DNA of 63,928 bases, the filler included, from Craspedostauros australis (Eukaryota), in assembly GCA_030167865.1 (NCBI GenBank). It is 9 parts of 9 records of this genome, joined end to end, with 100 filler letters (N's around TTAATTAATTAA, not from the genome) between each part and the next. Parts side by side here need not be neighbours in the genome. Positions count along the whole stretch, not along the records: positions 1 to 18,236 come from JALAGF010001631.1; positions 18,337 to 21,941 come from JALAGF010001643.1; positions 22,042 to 36,496 come from JALAGF010001645.1; 6 more parts are not named here. The stretch is one strand, 5' to 3'. Position numbers and translations under genes: made by a program. Shown here one piece after another: positions 11,862 through 22,785 of this stretch. Below the pieces are notes generated by a model. The model was not told the origin of the DNA. It saw only the letters and a list, made by a program, of their open reading frames with translations, and did no database searches. Position 1 is the first letter of the stretch. Each line of letters begins with the position of its first letter.

Positions 11862-14426
11862 ATGAAAGACAAGACGAAGCGAGCTGTCGGTTCCAAGAAG
11901 AAAGCATCGCGATCACCACCACAGCCGCCACCACGAGGATGGCAACAACGCATCCTGGAATGCGCGCTGTCCTTCTTCATCGGGATCCACGTTGGGATGA
12001 GCGCCTGCCAAAACCAGAGCAGCTGGCAGTTCGTGGATAGTTTGATGGCAGCGGAACCCACGATCCAAGCGCAATCATCATCAGCCAATCTCGACCATGC
12101 AGGAATGACATCTTGCGAAGAACAGCATCGGCAATGGCTGATCTCATTCATGAATCAACAGAAGATGCCAATGATATCCAACGACAAGACCGTCGATCAA
12201 GAGAATCTCATCGTCACGAACACCATGGTGCTGGATGTCATCCTCGACGCTGCTCTTCACAACATCTCCATCATTCCCCATGAAAAGTGGTTGCCGGCGA
12301 TGACACGAGCGAAGGAGCGCAACAATCTGCTCAAGCAGGAGGTGGAAAACTTCAAGTTGACGTGCGTAGACGAGAATGACACACGAGCGACAGATGGTCA
12401 GCGGGAGGAAGAGGTTGTGAAACAAACGACGATTGCGGATGCATCTGCTGCAGATCCTACATCAACGAACACGGCAGAAACGGAAGCAGCAGACTTCACG
12501 GCCACAGCCAACCCGCATCCAATCTGCCAAAAGCTGCTGCCCCATCCAACGCCAACGGCGGCGTCGTTGTGGCACACGTACATGGAACACGTGCTGTATG
12601 CGACATCGCTGCCGGGGGACACGAAATACAAACTGCGGGATTTTACGTCGGAGATCTTGCAGATGCTGTCACCCAGATTGGTGCGCTCCGTCAAGTCGCT
12701 ACCGCAGCAACGACAGTGGAAGTCATTGCAGTATGCCATGGATGTACTCTACGAGCGGTATACCTACGCCGCACGCAAGGAACAAGAAAAGCAGGGACAG
12801 AAACAGCAGAGTGAGGCAGGACGGCCGGTCACGTCAACTGCAAAACACAACGATAGCGATGTGCCGCCACCACGCCCGCTCAAAATATTGGTCATGGGAG
12901 GTAGCGTGGTGGTCGGCACCAACTGCCGCAGTATCTTCAAAGAGATCAACCTGGGGGGAGGCATCCATGTTCCAAGACGAGACTGCACATGGAGCAACCG
13001 ATTGGACAAATTCTTGAACGGGATGCAGTCGGCCTTGTTCACCATGCCCAGCAGCATTCCGCCAGGGGCCAACAGCACGGACCAATTCCATTTTGGTCCC
13101 TTCACGTTGACTCAACCCGACAATCTGCTGGTGGAAGTTACGAAAGTTGCCATGGGCGGCACCAACACTCAGACAGGGTCCATCATTTGGGAATACGACT
13201 TGATTCCCCCGGAAGCACGCGATCCGGACATCGTCATCAATGCATACGCCACCAACGATATGCACATCTTGACGATGTTGGAAGCACAGGCGTCCAACGC
13301 CACGTTGCGAGACAAGGTGTTCGACATGACGCAGGACTTTGTGCGCACTGTTTTATCCACTCACGATGATGGCGTTTGTCCCGTCACCAACGATGAAAAG
13401 CAGCAGCAGCAGCAACGCGCTGACAGCAACAAGGGGAGACCTCCACCGCTGTTGATCCATTTCAATGACTATCTGGGCAACGAACAGCGCGATATCTGGG
13501 GAACGACCGAGCTGTCGCAGGGCGTCGACGTGCTGGCTAAATACTACGGCTTCGCCAGCATGAGTTACGCCGACACGGTGCGCGACATCGTGTACGGTGA
13601 CACTCACGAGGCATGGCTGTCGGCGAACTGGTGGGGTAGGAACCGCGACGGCACGTACGGCCGTGAAATCCATCCCGGCATGGGCATGCACATTGCATCA
13701 GCATGGGTGACGGCCTATAATCTGCTCAACATGGTGACAACCTTCTGCAGCTTACCACAGACGGAGGCGGAGCATTCGGTGGAAACGATCGACCCTCGAT
13801 TGCCAGGATTGCGGAGATTGCTCGGATTCTACGACGCGCCCGGCAACCGGCCCCGTCAGCAACCCAAGGGCTTGCCACCTCGTTTGACGAAGGAATTGCT
13901 GATTGAGAATGTATCGCAGCTATGGAAGGAAGCCGAGACCAACCGCGCGCAGCAGTGTGCCCAAGAGGCAGCTCAACGCCGCACGGGACTTCCCAAATGT
14001 CCATTCTCCTGGGTCAGCGGCTTATCGCAACAACAGAACAATGAAAAGTGGGTTCTGGAATACTTCCAAAGCCGCGCGAGCGTCTGGAGGGGATGGCAGC
14101 TGGAGGCCGAAGGCGGCAAGACCGGCTTTGTGCCTCAAAAGGTTACGGACGAAATCGTTCTCGACTTCGAGCTACCGCAAACCATCCGCACCGTCACCCT
14201 CTTCTGGATGAAGTCGTACGGACCCAAATGGCAGAACAGCCACGTCGATGTCGTCGTCGATGGCAACGCCCCCCGCGCGCTCGTGGGATACCACGCCAAG
14301 AATACGAGCGAGATGTACACAGAGTCCGTGCCAGTTCATATCCCAGCCAATCAACCCTTTCGGATCCAATGCAAGCTGGTGGGTGGCACGACCTTCAAAT
14401 TGATGGGAATGGCGGTGTGCAGTTGA
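11862..14426 (+). CDS. Type II membrane protein with an SGNH/GDSL hydrolase-like domain (putative polysaccharide esterase/acyl-modifying enzyme)
   Basis: N-terminal basic stretch plus TM (ILECALSFFIGIHVGM). Block I ILVMGGS, block II AMGG, block III DIVINAYATND, block V-like EIHPG. 854-aa intronless ORF. Confidence 0.75.
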   Translation: MKDKTKRAVGSKKKASRSPPQPPPRGWQQRILECALSFFIGIHVGMSACQNQSSWQFVDSLMAAEPTIQAQSSSANLDHAGMTSCEEQHRQWLISFMNQQKMPMISNDKTVDQENLIVTNTMVLDVILDAALHNISIIPHEKWLPAMTRAKERNNLLKQEVENFKLTCVDENDTRATDGQREEEVVKQTTIADASAADPTSTNTAETEAADFTATANPHPICQKLLPHPTPTAASLWHTYMEHVLYATSLPGDTKYKLRDFTSEILQMLSPRLVRSVKSLPQQRQWKSLQYAMDVLYERYTYAARKEQEKQGQKQQSEAGRPVTSTAKHNDSDVPPPRPLKILVMGGSVVVGTNCRSIFKEINLGGGIHVPRRDCTWSNRLDKFLNGMQSALFTMPSSIPPGANSTDQFHFGPFTLTQPDNLLVEVTKVAMGGTNTQTGSIIWEYDLIPPEARDPDIVINAYATNDMHILTMLEAQASNATLRDKVFDMTQDFVRTVLSTHDDGVCPVTNDEKQQQQQRADSNKGRPPPLLIHFNDYLGNEQRDIWGTTELSQGVDVLAKYYGFASMSYADTVRDIVYGDTHEAWLSANWWGRNRDGTYGREIHPGMGMHIASAWVTAYNLLNMVTTFCSLPQTEAEHSVETIDPRLPGLRRLLGFYDAPGNRPRQQPKGLPPRLTKELLIENVSQLWKEAETNRAQQCAQEAAQRRTGLPKCPFSWVSGLSQQQNNEKWVLEYFQSRASVWRGWQLEAEGGKTGFVPQKVTDEIVLDFELPQTIRTVTLFWMKSYGPKWQNSHVDVVVDGNAPRALVGYHAKNTSEMYTESVPVHIPANQPFRIQCKLVGGTTFKLMGMAVCS

Positions 14427-15074
14427 TGGCTGCGGTCCATCGGAGCTTTGTGGAGGAGTGAGCGATGACGACCATCGCGGGTCCATCGGTGATGGGCGGA
14501 AGTGGAGAGGCGTGTGAATCATGTGAGGAGATCACGGAGCTGCGCGTTGCGATGCAGAGAGCAAACGAAAGCCAGAGATCAACAAGAAAACAAGATCTTC
14601 AGACATAACCATTATTTAACGCTCAAATGTTCTTCGCGCCAAAAAGTATCCTTGTTGCAGACGTTCTTGGAGATGGCGACATGTTCATCAAACACGCCCC
14701 ACAACACGCTGATGAACATGGTGGGGGTGCGGTGGCACAGAGTCGAACCACCACCAGGTTGCGTGGGACGAGATGAGATGGGATGTGATACAGCGTGTAG
14801 TACGCGCGTCTCAGCGATATGCAACGATATATTTTATACAACGATGTGTGACGCTGTGTGACAATGAGCCATGACAGACCAAGCAAGAAAGGATGGCAGA
14901 ACAGAACGAACAAGATGACACACTACAACTATGCTCATAGTCAACCAAGCTGAGCGATGTGGCTGAAGGCGGACAGAACCAAGAACCAAGACCAACGAAA
15001 GACAACGCAAAAGCAAGGCAAGGAGACGGAAAGAGCGAGGCAAGAGCATATAATACTCGAAGTGCACCCATACC

Positions 15075-18000
15075 ATGGCCCTCCGTGCCTTCCATGCCAA
15101 CCCGCAAGTGGGTGGCTTCGGCGGAGAGAGCTCAGGCATCCTGCGGGCGACTTCAGCATCTCTATTGCGACATCAGTCTGTTGCGAGTACAACTGGCAAA
15201 GGCAGACAACACAAGCAAGATACTGCTGGCAGCACCGCTGATGCTGTTGACGACCACACAAGCGGCGATGCCTTCTGCCAGATCGTCAAGGAGCTTGTCG
15301 ACAATGCTGTTGATGCATGTGCCACTTTGCAAAGAACAACTACAACAACAGCAACAGCAAAGCAATCAGACATGAAGCGTTCCTCATCGAAGAGAGGCCA
15401 CAGTGTTGGCAATGGCAAAGCCAATGGCATACTAGTATGCAGCAAGAATGGCAGTGCCAGAGATGATCAGTCGCAACCAGGACATACCTATCAGTCCAAC
15501 CTTCGTGTGAGAGTGGAGATACAACCCTACACATCCAACAATCACAACCACGACAATGATGACAACGATGACAATGATGACAGCGATCGCAACGATGACT
15601 GTGACGACTCCATCCTCCAGGTTACAGTGTCTGATAATGGCTGCGGCATGGCGGACACCCAACGATGCGTCAACGCCTTCCACACCAGCAAGGCCGCAAC
15701 TGCCACGGCTGGTCGCTACGGAATTGGTCTCACCCTCTGCCTGGTCCACGCACAACGGCTCGTCCCCAAATCCTTCGCATGCATCACATCGGCACGAGCG
15801 GCTTCCAAGTCATTGACGAGAGCGTTCTTCATCGTCAACACTGCCAAGGACAAGGTGCTGTGTCACAAGAAGGAGAAGCTCGTCAAGAGCAACCCCAAGG
15901 AGAGCGGGACTTGCGTCAGTCTGTTAGTTCCGGTGAGTTCATTGATCTGTGCGTTCTGTCTCGCAACATAGAGACACGTTTGTTTTGGACTGCTCGTTTG
16001 CGACAGCTGACACGTGATCACAGCCATGGTTGTCTCACCTCTCTTCTGTTTTGTTCTGCTCTACTCTACTCCACTTCACTCTATTAATATGCACTCCATC
16101 GCATTCTACTCTCATATACTCTTACGTACTGATGCCAACGTTTGCATGTTGTGTCTCGCAGGGAGGGGCCGGAGCAAGAAGCGCATGGCCACGACTGGCT
16201 GCTTACTTTGCCAGATTCCAATGGATTGGACCTGATCTCCCATGCCGGCTGGAAGTCTTCGCGCCGACCCTTTCGTCTGTTCCGATCTACATTCGAACAC
16301 TCTCGCCGCACACATCGACCGCGCAAGGCGTCAAGCACCTGAATGCTGGTTATGGCCAACCGAATGTAACGAAGACTAATCATACTGCCGTGGAAACACC
16401 ACATAGCAACAGCAGCGATGATAGTGACGACGACATTGGCAGCAGCAACGGCAAAGACGAGCACAAGGTTACGCACTGGACGAATTGGGAAGATGCATTC
16501 CGAGAATGCTCCAATGATGACAATGATGATTGGAATAATCCCAACATCCGCAACGACCAATTCCCTCACCAACAGCACCATCAACATCATTCACCATCAG
16601 AACAGCAGCCAACATCTTTGCCATCGTGCAATCGACGTCAAAAGCAAATCTCGCCACACGATGCACACAAAGAACGACGTGCGCACATTCTTCAAGCAGC
16701 GTCGATGCATCTGCAACAGCCATTGCAAGTTGGTATCGAGAACGTCGCCCATTCCAAACAGGTCATTCGCCTCTCTCAACGATCTGCCCAATCAACTCAG
16801 AAGCTCGCTGTCAACAAGAGATCAGCGACCGCCAACAGCAGCGACGCTGCACAACTTCATGTCGACATGATTGTATGCGGCGCTAGTGAGCAGTCCACAA
16901 TTGATGAAGAACCCAACGAGAACGGTGATCTTTCCTTGCACGGAACATCCATCCAAGAATTTCTTCAGGATCATCATTCACCTACCCACTACGCCAACGC
17001 AACCAATATGGATGAAATGGCATCATCCGCCACAATGGAAGTCATCCGATTCGTCAACGGCATTCCATTGATGGATGGAGCAGAGGCCGTTGCTTGTGGC
17101 TTGATGCATGGGATCCGCAGCAAGACAGTGTGGGGATCCTTCGGGCTGAAAGCCATCCCGACGTCACACGGGGATGACAGGGACAGCAGCGGCAGCAGAG
17201 GCACCAGTAGTCATCCGCTCAATCATCCACTGAATCTTTCAGAGCATGCGAAACAAAATTCCGTTGCAACCACATCAACACAGACCAGGACGCAAGAACA
17301 AGTGCAAACGAGCGTGGCGGCAGCAGCAGCAGCAGCAACGTCGAGGATTTCAAACAGTCACCAAATCAAGCACAATTTCGAAATTCATGATAGTGACCAA
17401 GTCCTTCCGTTCCTTGCCGATGCCAATTCGATTCATCGAAGTGACCCGCGTACTCGTACGAATGTCACTCTCGGCTCAGGACCACTCAAGCACTCCAATC
17501 AACACAAGAGCGGGCATCAACGGAAGCGCAAGGTGGCGCATTCGCATTCGATGTACACCACCAACATGGAAGGCAGCGACGATCACATCTTCATGCCAGC
17601 GAAGGTGCGCTTGGGAAGAATCATCGTCCTCATCCATCTGCATGCAAAACCATCGCTGTTGCCACTCCCAACCCTCTCCAAGGTAAGACGCTGATGGATG
17701 TATCCCATTCAAGGATCTACCATCCAAGGAGTCAATCAAGGTGCCAACAAACGCTGAGTTTCTCACAACCACACTTGCTCTCTTCTGCATCAACTCGTAC
17801 CCACGCACTATTCATAGGGCCGACTTCCGCTAAATCATCCACCGATCCAAGCCGCGTTGCACAACGGGCTGAGAGAATGCTTGAAATGCATACAGACGAC
17901 CAACCCAAACCTGCTGCTGACTGCGCATCAACTGAGATCAGCCGAAAGAGAGTCACGATACGTACCTGCCGTTTCGTGGGCGCTATCGCGAATGATCATG

Positions 18001-18236
18001 AACTCCAGCAACCAGCACATGAAGTCGTCCGCCCTTTCCACCGTGCGTGGTTGGGATCCAACTATGAACATAGACACGCGCCAAACCAACCAACGCGCTC
18101 ACAACGATTATCCCGAGAGCGATGAGAGAACAAAGGAAGTGAACACAATCACTCCAGACACCTTGGCATCCATCATCAAGGAGCGGCTATTGGTGACATT
18201 GCAAGCTGCAGATGACGACCGCAAGAAATCGGTTGT
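15075..18236 (+). CDS. DNA topoisomerase VI subunit B-like GHKL protein; exons ~15075-15932, 16162-17682, 17818->gap (3' truncated)
   Basis: FHANPQVGGF (Top6B N-terminus-like), N-box IVKELVDNAVDA, G1 SDNGCGM, G2 GRYGIGL, G3 SGTCVS, transducer RFVNGIPL, C-terminal helix ERESRYVPAVS. GT-AG junctions preserve the frame. Confidence 0.8.
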
Positions 18237-18336
18237 NNNNNNNNNNNNNNNNNNNNNNNNNNNNNNNNNNNNNNNNNNNNTTAATTAATTAANNNNNNNN
18301 NNNNNNNNNNNNNNNNNNNNNNNNNNNNNNNNNNNN
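18237..18336. other. Assembly gap with an artificial TTAATTAATTAA linker (also at ~21986, 36541, 45143, 47856, 56272, 61539, 62845)
   Basis: The same N-run + 12-mer with six-frame stops + N-run recurs eight times. Confidence 0.97.
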
Positions 18337-18420
18337 GTGAACATGGTTGGTGGGTGAACATGGTTGGTGGGTGAACATGGTTGGTGGGTGAACATGGTTG
18401 GTGGGTGAACATGGTTGGTG
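18337..18420. repeat. Tandem 17-bp minisatellite (GTGAACATGGTTGGTGG)x~5 at a contig edge
   Basis: Head-to-tail identical units without spacers; truncated by the gap. Confidence 0.9.
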
Positions 18421-18699
18421 TTGATGTGTCTGTGGTGGCAGTGTTTGATTGTGTGAATAGTCTCTGAGCAGTTAGCGTTAGTACAAGTGTTGGGGTTGGG
18501 TTGGAAGTTCGACGTCGTTACAAACCGTGCGAGCTGCGTCACGAATATCGTTTTCATTCTCGGCGAGCTGCGTCATGATTGGGGAAGCTTTCGCGTCTTG
18601 GCAAACTGAGAAAATGTGAGTGAAGTGGAACAAGGGAATGTCGTGACGTCAACAGCAACTTATTTATGCATACGGTGTCCTTATGCTTTTCATCAAGGA

Positions 18700-21430
18700 C
18701 TTTCTTGCAGAGGTTACATTGGTTCGTTTTCAATTCGGATGGATCAATCGGATCGACGATGGGGTTGCGAAGCAGCTGGCATTGTTGCTATGGAAGATGA
18801 CCTCCTTGAGACCGTTGTGTAGTTTGGGTAGAATGTCTCTGAGGAGAAGCTTCAGCACAGCATTGACCTGCAGAGTCTCTTGTGTAGGACGGCCCTCGAT
18901 GAGCAGGTTGATGAATCAATGTTCGAATCTTCCACCCACAAAGACGACTGTCATCACACCCAGAAGTGACATTCCTGCTTTTCCAACGAACTCACTTTGG
19001 GTCTCTTCGTTCGCGGTGGGGAGGAACTTGCACTTGTGGTCAAATTTGGCTACACATGCATGTGGGTGGGTCATCAAGTATTGGTTGTTTCGCTCACTTT
19101 GCTTGAACTGCACCATCGCCCTGATCCGATGGGCCATGTACATTCTCATCTGATTGCTGCAGAAGTCGACTGCGCGTGGCATCGTTTCCACCTCCAGTGT
19201 CGTCTGTAATCCATTGCATGTCAGTTTCGACGGCTTTCTTGGTGCAGATTGGGAAGAACGTCATGGCAGCAGCGTATTTCTTGCAGACGTGCTTCGATGG
19301 CTAATAGAGCTAAACTAGTATCCACCTTAGAGAGAGAGACTACGAATCATCCGACCAGTCAGCATTCCAGTAGATCGAATGAATACTTCACCGGCCCCCA
19401 CGTTTGGGGACAGATCCAGAACATTGAAGCAGACCTTTGGAACCCGTGTCAAGGAACCAGAAGGGTTCCGATAACCAAGCCACTGACACCCATCATCGCC
19501 AAAACGCCGACACAGGGAAACAGTGCCCCAGCAACGCACATCATCGCGCCTTGTCTCTCATGGAACACAGCCAAGGGATCTTGACCCACGGTACATGGGC
19601 TACACGACCCATACACACTGTCACTCAGGACACCACAGGAGATCCTCCCTGCGGGGAAGAACTTTAGCACTAACCTCATAATCCGCACGTTTCTTCACCA
19701 TCTACCAGTATTCTCAATCGACTACTTGTGGAACAGAAGACTCTCGTTCGGACCTGCTTGTCAATCAAGCCTCTGCCCTACAGCTAAACAACAGCCAACA
19801 AGACAACAGCCATTACGTTTGGGCTCTATTAATGGCTGCTGATCACATTTGGTGAGAGCAAATGTTGCAGAGTGGAGATGGTCCTCATCACACTCAACTT
19901 GCATATGGTAGTGGGTATACTCCCATCTCACAAAGGTGAAAGTAGCGTCAGCATTGTCCAACAGCATGGCAACCCCCATGCGTGGATCTGCAGTCGCCTC
20001 GATGCTGGGGAGTAATTCCAAGATCCTTCCCATCATGAGTTTGAACTCAGTGATGACGTTCGACATGTCCATGTAGTAGGAGGACAAGGCAGTGTGTGAC
20101 GTGCCACATCTTGTCAGCAGCTTGAGGAGGTCAAGGAAGGTGGGAAAGCTGACTGCATTGTCATTGTCCTTGATGTAGTCACAGAACAGTTCCATTGGAG
20201 GAGCACTGTCATGTACAAGGAGTGGCAAGTTGTCATTGACATTGCCATCGAGCATCACAGTATGCAATCTGCCACCCTTGTGGTGCCTGATGGTTGTGAT
20301 GTACGAGATGGCGTTATTGAGGGAGTCTTTGGGTGGACGGTAAGGTTGCTCTATTTCAGGAATTGACTTTCGAGAAAGAAGCGTGTCCACCAAATCCTTC
20401 AATCGACTGTGCGTTTCTTGGCGCATGGTGATCCGAGTGTTGGCAACCCTGCGTTGTTCTTCTGCTGGCAGGGCACGATGGTGCAATTGCAGGATGAGCT
20501 TGCACTCCGTGGTGCCACTTGTGCACACCAGCATCGCACGTGCAGCTTTGGAGAAGTCGTCATTTCCAGAGAAGGCGAAGCAACAGACAGTCTCCGCCAA
20601 TCCCACAGGAGGGAGAGCCTTGTCATGCCGGACATCCTTGATGGCATTGCACAGATGGGGTGGAGCCATGGTGTTGGGAGAAGCTGTGGTCCAAAAGATG
20701 GAAGCCTGCTCTTCTCATGCTCGTTCCATGCAGCCCCAAAGGTATTTATTGGCCTTGGTCACATTCCCTGGATATCCACTCTTCAGGAAGTCTGTGAGCG
20801 TGTCCACGTCTCTGCCAGCCATACCAAAGAGGGATAGGAGCTTCCTCTTTGCAGACATATCCTTCATCCAGGTGGGCCATCCAGAGTCTGAGACTTCGTT
20901 GTTGATGATGGTGTCACCCATCATTGCATCACCATTGTGATCATTGTCAATGTTGGTCGGGACTGGAGCAGACATGATGATGCTGCGATTTGCTCGGACA
21001 TGCGGACGAGATGCTGCTTCGGAGTCATTTCGATTGCCACCATCCTGGGCAAAGCCAACCTGCCCAGCTCCTTTGTGGTTTGTTCCACATTGCGGGCAGA
21101 ACGAGAGTCTCACATATGCCGGATTGCAGCAACCGCAGAAAAAGATACCATGACCTTGACATTCCAAGTTGCCAAAGCAGGTGATTGGTACGCTGTGTGT
21201 GAATGGTGGTATTGGATAGGTGATGTATGGAGCAGGCACTTGTTGGAAATCCAGGGTGGAAACAGCAGACTAATCATTGTTAGAATCTACTTCTTCCAAC
21301 TGTGAGCTCTTCATTGCTCTCTTCTCTTGATAATCAATCTCCTGCTGGAATCCCCATGGTTGCATCTGCTAATTCAGCATGCGTCCATCTTGCATTCATC
21401 TTGCATTCATCATCATCCTGCATGCACAGC
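18700..21430 (-). mobile_element. Decayed DNA-transposon region containing a Sola3-like DDD transposase fragment
   Basis: ORF 18916-19191 has YMAHRIR...AKFDHKCKFLP...EETQSEFVGKAGMSLLG, resembling (from memory) the D-x-x-x-K-x-L-P...E-x-Q-x-x-x-x-G-K-x-G-x-S motif of Sola3-type transposases. A frameshifted HSNNASCF (~18770-18792) resembles SDNAxCY. Stops and frameshifts are present; boundaries are uncertain. Confidence 0.5.
21241..21430 (+). repeat. Dispersed repeat, copy 1 (homologous to 46250-46441)
   Basis: Shares GTTGGAAATCC.GGGTGG...TGTTAGAATCTACTTCT...AACTGTGAGCTCTTCATTGCTCTC...CCATCTTGC.TTCAT with 46250-46441. Confidence 0.75.
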
Positions 21431-22785
21431 AGGGTTGCCTATCTCGTGAATCCATTTTCTTGTCTTGCATTCATCTTGCATTCATCTTGCACTCATCTTG
21501 CATTCAACATCATCCTGCATGCACAGCAGGGTTGCCTATCTTGTGAATCCATCATCTCGTCTTGCTTCAGATAGTTTCATTGGCGTAGTCAGTTGCGATT
21601 CATAGGCATTCCTGACTTGCTTCATTCGGTCGGATTGTTGGCAAGTTCCGCTCACGGTAACCTACGATCGTGGAAGATGGTGGTGGTTGATAGTCGTCTG
21701 TTTGCTATTTCATTAGTTGGCTACTCCGATACTCTCGGTGTACACCAGTTGTCTTGCCCGATGCTCTCGGCGCTTCAATCTGTTTCGTAGATTCAGTCTC
21801 CGACTATGAGTCGGTACGCGAGATCCTCTCTCGCTCCTCTCTGTATTCTCTCTCTCCCTCTTTCTCAACATCATGTGCTCATGCTACACGATACTCCGTG
21901 TTCGATGCGTGCTCCGCATTCGACACTCCGTTCATTCAGTANNNNNNNNNNNNNNNNNNNNNNNNNNNNNNNNNNNNNNNNNNNNTTAATTAATTAANNN
22001 NNNNNNNNNNNNNNNNNNNNNNNNNNNNNNNNNNNNNNNNNTCTCATGATCGATGTCACCTTTGGTGATGTTCCAAACCTGCGGATGTTCTGATCCTTTC
22101 TGATGTTCCAAACCTGCGGATGTTCTTGTCCGCAGGAGAGGCATGTGCTGNNNNNNNNNNNNNNNNNNNNNNNNNNNNNNNNNNNNNNNNNNNNNNNNNN
22201 NNNNNNNNNNNNNNNNNNNNNNNNNNNNNNNNNNNNNNNGGGACCTCCTGATCCGCCGTGGGTGTCTTCCTTACATTACCAGAGGACAGGCTATCCTCCT
22301 CGCGGTTATACAGGTATCAATCGCGTCCGTATGCTTAGTCATAGTCATAATGACATGGTATACAAAGGTGTGACAAATAGTCTCTGAACATGTGATGAAT
22401 AATATTCAAAGCTGTGACGAACAATTTTGGGAGGTGCGGCAATTACGGGTATTCCGACAAAGTCGTACCCTCAATTCCTAACATGTATCATGTGCTTGGG
22501 TACGTTAACATCGATGAAAAAGTGCCACTCAACATTCAAAAGGCCCGTCGACTCGCTGACCTGGGTCATCGACTACCTCCGCCAACACAAGCAACATGGG
22601 GATGCGGTTTGGTAACGTGTCCAGAACAAACCAATAGACTGCGTGGCACTAACAGCAACGATCTGTGCTTTACTCCACCATGAGAACCTTTACAAACGTC
22701 GATTGCCGTTGCGCACACTCTTGTTTCCCGTAGTGCGATTCTTTCAATCAATCGCCGCATAGACAGCACCTTGTCTCGGTTACAG

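Noticed and set aside
18281..18292. Recurrent TTAATTAATTAA motif
   Set aside because: Always centred in N-runs; an artificial scaffold linker.
18337..18420. Possible CRISPR array or telomere
   Set aside because: The 17-bp units are contiguous with no spacers, there are no cas genes, the context is eukaryotic, and the unit is not TTAGGG-like.
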